From Candidatus Levyibacteriota bacterium (GTDB lineage Bacteria > Patescibacteriota > Microgenomatia > Levybacterales > UBA12049): 64,000 nt of DNA. The stretch spans positions 126,651 through 190,650 of the forward strand of contig JACPLF010000007.1 in assembly GCA_016186645.1 (NCBI GenBank), written 5' to 3'. Positions 56,696 through 64,000 of the stretch are shown here, in pieces. The position numbers and the translations under genes are program-made. The notes beneath the pieces are model-generated. The model ran no database searches. It had not been told where the DNA came from and worked only from the letters and a program-made list of their open reading frames with translations. Position 1 is the first letter of the stretch, and each line of letters opens with the position of its first letter.

Positions 56696-57979
56696 ATGAC
56701 TGAAAGGGAAAGGGGCATACAGCTTGAATTAACGGGATTTGAGATGGAAGGAGAAACCTATGGCTTCTTACCCAGCTCTGATTTAAAAAGATGGACAGAG
56801 GAGGACGATCCTTACGAAAAGGCGTTTCGACGTCTTCCCCTAGGAAGATTAGATGGCGTAAAAGCCTTAAGTTTTTTATCTTACATAGGTCCTGCCGCAA
56901 AAGATCAAATTTTTCTACCATATACTCATACCAGATTCGATCATTCATTTGTGGTTGGGCTTGTCATAGAAGCTATAATGAGACAAAATGGATTTGATCA
57001 AGAAGATATAAATGTAGGGATTGTGGCAGGATTAATTCATGATATTGCAACTCCTGCACACGGGGATGCGACCAAAAAAGTTGACCCAAAAGCTTTGGAC
57101 GAAGAACAATTTTGGTGGGAAGCATTAGGAGAAAATGGACAAGTTTTTGTTACTCAAGAACTTAACATACCGCAAAAAAGATTAGATGCAATTATTAAAA
57201 ACCAAGGAATAATAGGTCAAGTGTTGGATATAGCAGATAGAATTACCTACACTATGAAAGACCTTAACGAAATTGTTGCAGTAGATCAAAATAATGCTTG
57301 GTCTTGGGTTTTTCAAAATCCTTATCTGCAAGAACTTCATGATTTTACCATGATCAATCCCAAAATCGGAAATATCTATAAAGAGGTCGGGGTTGATAGA
57401 AAAAAGAACGAAGTATTTTTCAATGATCCAAGAAACCTTGGCATATTTCTTTTATTAAGAGCTCGCCTTCATAAAACTCTTTATATGAATCCAGTCAGTC
57501 AGGGAAGAGATCTTTTCATAGCTTCCCTTATTAAGAGATTATACTCAAGAGACGGAAGGAGGCCCCTTTCTCCCAAGAGCCTAAGAGGGATGACAGATGA
57601 AAATCTTATCGAGGTTTTGCAAAAGTATTACAAACCGGAATATGGAGATTTTTCACAAAAGCTATATCACGACTTAACAAGTTGGTATCCGTATTTTGAA
57701 AGATTTACAACTAAAGAAGAAGCAATAGAGCGAATAAAAGAATTAAAAAAAGACAAGGATATTTTAATTATAGGCATGAGTCAATGTAAAGGATTTGATC
57801 CGGGAACATCGTACAAAGTAACCAACGAAAAAGGACAGACAGTACCATTTAGAGAATTTGATCCTGTCATCGCATCGGAAATAGAAAGGGTCATGGACGA
57901 AACAAAAGGTTTTTTCGTTTTCTTTGTGAATATTTCTGAAAGAAATTCCATCAATTCTTTCCTCCGAAAACATTCCTAA
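56696..57979 (+). CDS. HD-domain phosphohydrolase (SAMHD1/dNTPase-like)
   Basis: RLDGVKALSF, HTRFDHS, GLIHDIATPAHGD, LDIADRITY, RARLHKTLY. Confidence 0.8.
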   Translation: MTERERGIQLELTGFEMEGETYGFLPSSDLKRWTEEDDPYEKAFRRLPLGRLDGVKALSFLSYIGPAAKDQIFLPYTHTRFDHSFVVGLVIEAIMRQNGFDQEDINVGIVAGLIHDIATPAHGDATKKVDPKALDEEQFWWEALGENGQVFVTQELNIPQKRLDAIIKNQGIIGQVLDIADRITYTMKDLNEIVAVDQNNAWSWVFQNPYLQELHDFTMINPKIGNIYKEVGVDRKKNEVFFNDPRNLGIFLLLRARLHKTLYMNPVSQGRDLFIASLIKRLYSRDGRRPLSPKSLRGMTDENLIEVLQKYYKPEYGDFSQKLYHDLTSWYPYFERFTTKEEAIERIKELKKDKDILIIGMSQCKGFDPGTSYKVTNEKGQTVPFREFDPVIASEIERVMDETKGFFVFFVNISERNSINSFLRKHS

Positions 57980-57989
57980 AAACTTAGAC

Positions 57990-59876
57990 TTAGGATTTTA
58001 CTGGAACGAGAGCTTTTTTGGGGCCGAGGAGTTTTGCAAAACTATCCGCGTCAATTGTTTCTTTACTCAAAAGTTCTGCCGCTATAATATCAAGCTCTTT
58101 TTTTAATTTTGCCAAAATCGCAACAGCAGACTTGTAACCCGCGTCTGTAATTTTTTTAATCTGGTCGTCAATTTTTGAAGCCATAACAGGAGAGATAGTT
58201 TTCTGATCATAAAAAGTTTTCTGTTGCGAATCCAAATTAATTGGGCCTAAATCGCTCATGCCATACTCAACTACCATAGTTCTTGCAACTTCTGTTGCTT
58301 TTGCAATATCATCAGACGCTCCTGTTGTCATTTCTTTGAAAATCATGTTCTCGGCAGCGCGTCCTCCAAGCATCACCGCAATTTGCTCAATTAATCTTGT
58401 TTTCGTTTCATGAACATGTTCTGTTGGCTCCATCATTGTATGTCCGAGGCTCATTCCGCGGCTCACAATTGAGATTCTGTGAATTGGATCCATGTGAGGC
58501 ATTTCCCAAGAAACAATAGCGTGTCCCGCCTCATGATATGCGGTCATTTTCCTATCTTCCTCAGATTGCAGTCTTTTTTTCTCAGGACCCAATTTTACTT
58601 TTGTGGCTGCCTCTTCCAAATCCTTCATGTCAATTGCTTTTTTCCCTAAGCGGGCTGCCAAAATTGCTGCTTCATTAAGCATGTTTTCCAAATCTGCGCC
58701 GGAAAATCCGACTGTTCTTTTTGCAGCTTTTTTCCAATCAACGCTAGGAGCAAATGGCTTACCGCGGGCATGAATTGCCAGAATTGCTTCCCTGCCTACA
58801 ACATCAGGCATATCCAAAGCCACTCTCCTATCAAATCTTCCCGGCCTAATTAATGCCGGATCAAGCACGTCAGGACGATTTGTAGCCGCCATGACCACCA
58901 GCTGTTCTGTTGGGGAAAACCCATCCATCTCAACCAAGATTTGATTTAAAGTCTGCTCTCTTTCATCATGGCCTCCCATGAAGCCTGCTCCGCGCTGTCT
59001 GCCAATCGCATCAATTTCATCTATGAAAATAATTGCGGGCTGAGATTTTTTGGCAGTATTAAATAAATCACGCACGCGACTTGCTCCCACACCTACCAGC
59101 ATTTCCATAAATTCAGATCCTGCCATTGAGAAAAACTGCACATTTGCTTCTCCAGCTGTTGCCCGAGCCAAAAGTGTTTTTCCGGTTCCGGAAGGACCAA
59201 TCATTAAAACTCCTTTAGGAGTACGAGCGCCCATTGCCTTATACTTTCCAGGATTCTTCAAGAAATCTACAATTTCTGTTAATTCTTGTTTTGCCTCATC
59301 TACTCCTGCTACATTTGCAAAACTGATTTTTGGAGTATCTTTGCTAAAAAGTTTTGCCGAAGATTTTCCAAAAGAAAAAATGCTTTCCTGAGCACCCCTT
59401 GCCTGACGAAAAATAAAGTAAAAAAATGCGACCATCAAAAGAATTGGAAGAACTGAAGAGATAATACTCAGCCAATTATTAAGACTTGTCTCATCCTTTA
59501 TGACGACTTTTGTTTTGTCTAATTGTACGCCTGCATCTTTAAATATCTGGTAGACGTTTGCTCCTGATTCCTTAAAACTCTGCAAAGTCTCTTTCCCTTT
59601 TCTAATTACGAGCTTATTCTCCAAAACTTCTATTTCTGAAACTTTGCCCGCATTTACGTCTGAAATAACTTGAGAAAGAGGAACTGTTTTTGTGTCTTCA
59701 AAAGACTGTTGATTGTTAACGCCCAAGAAGAGAAACATAGCAAAAAGAAACAAAAATACATAAATCAAGACATTTTTCCACGATGCCTTAATCTTCATTT
59801 TCACGATTTTTTGATGTCTATGATTCTTGTGATTCTGCATTGCAGAACGATTGTAGTTTTTACCGTTTGCTGGCAT
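57990..59876 (-). CDS. ftsH: ATP-dependent zinc metalloprotease FtsH
   Basis: Two TMs, [40 protein letters not shown]. Confidence 0.97.
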   Translation of the reverse strand: MPANGKNYNRSAMQNHKNHRHQKIVKMKIKASWKNVLIYVFLFLFAMFLFLGVNNQQSFEDTKTVPLSQVISDVNAGKVSEIEVLENKLVIRKGKETLQSFKESGANVYQIFKDAGVQLDKTKVVIKDETSLNNWLSIISSVLPILLMVAFFYFIFRQARGAQESIFSFGKSSAKLFSKDTPKISFANVAGVDEAKQELTEIVDFLKNPGKYKAMGARTPKGVLMIGPSGTGKTLLARATAGEANVQFFSMAGSEFMEMLVGVGASRVRDLFNTAKKSQPAIIFIDEIDAIGRQRGAGFMGGHDEREQTLNQILVEMDGFSPTEQLVVMAATNRPDVLDPALIRPGRFDRRVALDMPDVVGREAILAIHARGKPFAPSVDWKKAAKRTVGFSGADLENMLNEAAILAARLGKKAIDMKDLEEAATKVKLGPEKKRLQSEEDRKMTAYHEAGHAIVSWEMPHMDPIHRISIVSRGMSLGHTMMEPTEHVHETKTRLIEQIAVMLGGRAAENMIFKEMTTGASDDIAKATEVARTMVVEYGMSDLGPINLDSQQKTFYDQKTISPVMASKIDDQIKKITDAGYKSAVAILAKLKKELDIIAAELLSKETIDADSFAKLLGPKKALVPVKS

Positions 59877-60117
59877 AACTTAGTTTGGAGTATATCACAA
59901 AAAAGAGGCTAAGCCAACCCCGATTTAATCGGAGCCAAACCCATTTTTCCGCGGACTTCTTACATTATTTCTTTGTCCACTAAGGTAGAATGCAACATCC
60001 TCTTTAGAGCGAGCATTTCTATTTTGTCAAGTAGTAGTTTATCCTATCAAATCAAGCTAAACGAATATATATATTATATAGATAATAAAGGGTATATAAT
60101 CCTCAAACCTAAATCAT

Positions 60118-61848
60118 ATGGCAATGAGTCATGACTTTGAAGTATTTGTCCAAAACGACAAGATTACAAGAGAAGATTGGCGCAAACTAATACTCAAGAT
60201 ACAAACCTACGAAGGGAATTTCGTAGTTGAGGTTCGTTTTGAAACAAATAACGTAGAGTTTTATATTTATTCTCAAAAGGATCTCTCATCTTTGGGAGAT
60301 AAACTTGAAGGGTTTATTGTTAAACCTATTGATAGAGGGATGGTAAAAAAGCCAGAGTTCCAAAAGCACATAAATTTTAAGCTTTCTTCAAATAAAAATA
60401 TACTCGAGATTAGAGAAAAAGAACAAATCAAAAACCAAAGAACCATAAGTAATGTATTTATCCGTTTTAAAAGAATAGTTAAGGCTAACGTTCATTTTGT
60501 CACCATATTGTTAAGTGATAGTAAAAATAATAGGTATTACTCAAGTTATTTTAGCCTTCTTAATCCCCTCCTTAGCTTTGATTTTGATTTTAACAGTAAT
60601 ATAAAAATAACCAAAAAATCCGTTCCTTTATTTCTTAAAATCGATGAAGCAACTAAATTATTCACTCAAGACTACAAGAATGACTTACTGGAGGTTGTTG
60701 GATTTCCTCAATTTTCAACACCCACCTATTTTCCTTTAAGAAATTTTGAGTTTGGAATGCACAGCCTTGTTGTAGGACAAACAGGGGTCGGGAAAACTAA
60801 ATTCATAGAGCTTTTCGTCAAAAATATCGCAAAATACTCTCCCAGCGAATATGTAATAGTAACCATCGACCCTCACTCTCAGCTATACTCTCAATTTTTG
60901 AATATTAATGAAAATAAAGTTAATTTTGATTTTATAAAAAATTCATGCGAGCTTTTTCCTGCATTTTCAGAACCAAAAATTGCCACGGAATTAACAATTC
61001 TTCTTTTTAAAACATTGTTAAAGGATCAGTTTAACGCCAAAATGGAAAGAGCACTTAAGTACGCCTTATACGTATTGTTTCTTCGAAATAACATGTCTTT
61101 GGACGCCTTAAAAAAATTTCTTACCAGTCTTGAGTTTAGAAGGCAAATTTTAGAATCTTTAGGAGGCGACTACGATTACCTAATTCAATTTTTCGGCACT
61201 GAATTTGTCGAATTCCAAACAAAGTTTTACGAAGTATCTATTATGCCTATCTTGGTACTTATAGATGAATTGAGCTTTATTCCTGCCTTCTTTAATAATA
61301 AAACTACCAACAATTTAGAGTCAGCACTCAAGGAGAATTTTTCGGTAACGTTTTCTCTAAACAGGATATTTTTAGGAGAAAAGGCGACAAGACTTATTGC
61401 AGGTCTTATAATTCAGCAGCTATTTCTTATTGCCCAAAAAGGCGGAATAAACAAAAAAATAATTCTTATAATTGATGAAGTTTCCACCGTTGAGAATGAA
61501 GGCCTGGTAAATATACTTTCAGAATCAAGAAAATTTGGATTGTCACTTTTTCTTTCCCAGCAATACCTAACCCAAATTACCCCAAACCTTCTAAAAGGCA
61601 TCCTGTCAAACGTCTACAATTATTTTGTCTTTAAGGTTTCTGACGAGGACGCAAAAATTATAGTAAAAAACCTGGATATATCTTTTCCGGACGAAATTTT
61701 GGTTAGGGAAAAATCTAAAGGGCTTGAGGATGAAGATCTGAAAAGAAATTTACTGGTAACTTTAAATCCCAGAGAATGCCTGGTCAGAGCTTTTGCAAAC
61801 GGTAAATTTTTTCCATGTTTTAAAGCAAAAACTATTGATGTAAACTAA
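60118..61848 (+). CDS. HerA/TraD/VirB4-like P-loop ATPase
   Basis: HSLVVGQTGVGKT (Walker A), IDPH, LIIDE (Walker B), ILSESRKFGL..SQQ. Confidence 0.8.
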   Translation: MAMSHDFEVFVQNDKITREDWRKLILKIQTYEGNFVVEVRFETNNVEFYIYSQKDLSSLGDKLEGFIVKPIDRGMVKKPEFQKHINFKLSSNKNILEIREKEQIKNQRTISNVFIRFKRIVKANVHFVTILLSDSKNNRYYSSYFSLLNPLLSFDFDFNSNIKITKKSVPLFLKIDEATKLFTQDYKNDLLEVVGFPQFSTPTYFPLRNFEFGMHSLVVGQTGVGKTKFIELFVKNIAKYSPSEYVIVTIDPHSQLYSQFLNINENKVNFDFIKNSCELFPAFSEPKIATELTILLFKTLLKDQFNAKMERALKYALYVLFLRNNMSLDALKKFLTSLEFRRQILESLGGDYDYLIQFFGTEFVEFQTKFYEVSIMPILVLIDELSFIPAFFNNKTTNNLESALKENFSVTFSLNRIFLGEKATRLIAGLIIQQLFLIAQKGGINKKIILIIDEVSTVENEGLVNILSESRKFGLSLFLSQQYLTQITPNLLKGILSNVYNYFVFKVSDEDAKIIVKNLDISFPDEILVREKSKGLEDEDLKRNLLVTLNPRECLVRAFANGKFFPCFKAKTIDVN

Positions 61849-61852
61849 GATT

Positions 61853-62545
61853 ATGGACACAACAAAAGCAAAACAAATAACAGATTACATATTCAAGGAC
61901 GTCTTTGGGATGGAAAACCCTTTTTCTTTAGGCGAGCTCCAAAGAAGATTTGCGATGGATATTCCTTTACCTCAAAAAGTAGTCTCTGCTTTGTCGAAAA
62001 AAGATACATGGACAAATTCATCAGTAGAAAAAATTGCTTCTCAAGAAGAGATAGGAGATAGATTTAAAAAGGATGAGTGGACAGTCAAGAAGAAGCCTCT
62101 CCGCTCTATTCAGGATATTTTAAAAGCCTGGGAAGAAATAAACTATTTGACAGGAGAAAAGTATATAAATTCTAGAGATATAATCGAATCTGACAGCGTA
62201 TATAACAGCTCTGATGTCTACCGTAGCATGTCAATATTTGATTCCAAAAATATCGTATTTTCCTATAAACTTTTTGACTCAAATTACATGCTTGCTTCAA
62301 GAGATAATTCTTCCTGTACTCTTGGAATAAGGGTTAAGGAAGCTATCTTCTGCTCGTCGGGATTTGAAATTTCTTGGTCTAATAAAGTTTCAAAAAGTAT
62401 GTATATCCATGACTCTTTTGATTTATTCGAGTGTCTTTTCTGCTCGCATCTCCGATCCAAAAAATATTGCATAGCCAACATGCAGTTTGAAAAAGAGGAA
62501 TATTTTGAACTCAAAAAACAGGTTGTTGATTGGATTTTAAAGTAG
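61853..62545 (+). CDS. Hypothetical protein with short Ser/Cys-rich repeats
   Basis: 230-aa ORF 4 bp after the ATPase; periodic S/C residues, ends CLFCSHLRSKKYCIANMQF. Confidence 0.65.
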   Translation: MDTTKAKQITDYIFKDVFGMENPFSLGELQRRFAMDIPLPQKVVSALSKKDTWTNSSVEKIASQEEIGDRFKKDEWTVKKKPLRSIQDILKAWEEINYLTGEKYINSRDIIESDSVYNSSDVYRSMSIFDSKNIVFSYKLFDSNYMLASRDNSSCTLGIRVKEAIFCSSGFEISWSNKVSKSMYIHDSFDLFECLFCSHLRSKKYCIANMQFEKEEYFELKKQVVDWILK

Positions 62546-62588
62546 ACTTAGACCAAGCCCATTTTGGAGCGGATTTCTCTTTTGATTA

Positions 62589-63035
62589 TCAATTTATATC
62601 TTTTCTGAATCTAAGTTCAAAATATCCTTTGAATTTCTGGAAATCAAGTCTTGCAAAGTTAAATATACTGTCTTCCCCCAAAATACACGGCCAGATCAAT
62701 CGCTCGTTATCAATAACTGTAAACGGCAAATTAAAATCATACCCATAAATGTTAATGTCTATTGCGGGAAGTTGCCAAGATTTATATTCACCGCTCACCG
62801 AAATTCCTTTATCTGATGCTCCTAATTTTTCTAAATTAAACCCAAGAGCTTCGGCAACAAGTGGGTGAAGAATTGATTTATTAGCTCCTGAATCAACTAA
62901 AGCAATCAAGGGTTGAGGCAAACTTGTCTCACTATGTTTTAGTTTTACTTTTAAAATAGGCCACTTAACTCCAGGTCCTCCCGGAAGTATATCGTACCAA
63001 ATCTTTATCGGAGTCTGAAACTGATTTTGCTTCAT
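62589..63035 (-). CDS. Single-domain retropepsin-like aspartyl protease
   Basis: ALVDSGA catalytic motif and ILG..F C-terminal motif. Confidence 0.8.
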   Translation of the reverse strand: MKQNQFQTPIKIWYDILPGGPGVKWPILKVKLKHSETSLPQPLIALVDSGANKSILHPLVAEALGFNLEKLGASDKGISVSGEYKSWQLPAIDINIYGYDFNLPFTVIDNERLIWPCILGEDSIFNFARLDFQKFKGYFELRFRKDIN

Positions 63036-63223
63036 TAGCCAACGTAGCTCGAGTAATCTTTTGCGGCAACCATAATAAATCCCTTAGGATTCCCCAAATG
63101 TTTAAGCCTTGCGAGTAGTTGTCGAAGGGTTTTTCCCTGAGCTATAATTTTTTTGTTGTCGTTTGAAACAGAAACCCACCCAATTTTTCCTTTTAATGTT
63201 TTCGTTAAATTAGTAACTGCCAT
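63035..63223 (-). CDS. Small DUF5678-like protein
   Basis: GWVSVSNDNKKIIAQGKTLRQL; stop/start overlap (TAATG) with the protease gene. Confidence 0.65.
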   Translation of the reverse strand: MAVTNLTKTLKGKIGWVSVSNDNKKIIAQGKTLRQLLARLKHLGNPKGFIMVAAKDYSSYVG

Positions 63224-63251
63224 ACGTGCATATTTTAAAAGTCTTTAAACC

Positions 63252-64000
63252 TTATGTCAATCCCATCTTCTTCCTAACTTCTTTTATTGTTTGTTCTACA
63301 ATTTGAATGCATTTTTTCTGACCTTCAATAATTATTAAATCAACAAGTTTTGGGTTATTAATAAATTCTTTTCTTTTTGCCTGAAAGGGCTGTAATTCTT
63401 TGAAAATTGCTTCCGCTAAAACGTCTTTCAGTTCTGAATATCTGATTTTTTTATCTCTATAGTCTTGTTCAAATTTATTGTACTCTTTATCTAGTTTAAA
63501 TAGTTTTAACAGCTTAAATAAATTAGCAACACCACCTGTCTCTGGCACATTCCCGCCAATAAGACCACTGTCTGTTGGAGCATATGCTAAACGTTTACGA
63601 ATTGTTTTCAAATCATCTGTTAAATTGATAAAACTCCCATTTATTGACTTACTCATTTTTCCAGCTCCGACAAGAGACGGAACATAATCTCCATTGGTTT
63701 TAAACCTTTGGGGCTCTGGAAATGTTTGCCCGAACATTGAGTTAAACTTTCTGGCGATTTCACGCATTACTTCCAAATGAGGCTCCTGATCAATCCCAAC
63801 CGGAACCAATTCTCCTTTATACAAAAGCACATCTGCTGCCATAAGAACCGGGTAATATAAAAGCCCCATATTTATATATTTTGGATATTGAGCTTTTTTC
63901 TCTTTGTAGGTTGGCAAATCTTCAAGACGAGAAACCGGATAAATAGTTGAGAGAAGATAAGCAAGTTCTGTGTGCTGTGGCACCATTGATTGAATTTCAA
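63252..64000 (-). CDS. trpS: Tryptophanyl-tRNA synthetase (5' end beyond window)
   Basis: QSMVPQH, YPVLMAADVL, VPVGIDQ..HLE, KMSKS; frame open to position 64000. Confidence 0.95.
   Translation of the reverse strand, partial: EIQSMVPQHTELAYLLSTIYPVSRLEDLPTYKEKKAQYPKYINMGLLYYPVLMAADVLLYKGELVPVGIDQEPHLEVMREIARKFNSMFGQTFPEPQRFKTNGDYVPSLVGAGKMSKSINGSFINLTDDLKTIRKRLAYAPTDSGLIGGNVPETGGVANLFKLLKLFKLDKEYNKFEQDYRDKKIRYSELKDVLAEAIFKELQPFQAKRKEFINNPKLVDLIIIEGQKKCIQIVEQTIKEVRKKMGLT

Noticed and set aside
59916-59934. ccgatttaatcgg dyad upstream of ftsH
   Set aside because: Only a 6-bp stem in a single copy; may be a small element but unsupported here.

Overview
AT-rich bacterial chromosome segment in the standard genetic code. 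Gene content and style point to a Patescibacteria/CPR genome, probably Microgenomates (inference). The housekeeping backbone is groES, lepA, murJ, rpsT, tpiA, pcrA/uvrD, rnhB, rpoD, dnaG, purA/purB/guaA/guaB, ftsH, trpS and tRNA-Asn. Accessory blocks are a pilN/pilO + surface-protein + GT-C glycosyltransferase cluster, a nickel superoxide dismutase pair (sodN/sodX), a sugar/pentose-phosphate operon and a small defence-like island (HigBA-type TA, HEPN protein). Three things stand out. (1) Tiny DNA elements are pervasive and often sit in frame inside conserved genes: 4-5-unit 7-mer arrays (some as inverted pairs), several short GC-rich hairpin families with near-identical copies in uvrD, guaA, guaB, dnaG and msrA, and a 76-bp MITE duplicating the dnaG start. 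(2) A GxxExxY PD-(D/E)xK nuclease gene is bracketed by 38-bp inverted repeats between the two transketolase genes, with a gene-less copy of the same repeat element about 1 kb downstream. (3) An uncharacterised Crp-associated locus pairs a 922-aa Cys-repeat/Tyr-Thr-Pro-repeat exported protein with two exported His/Cys-motif (CxHGxGH) proteins, one fused to a cupredoxin-like domain. All calls were made by eye from sequence motifs; no database searches were run.
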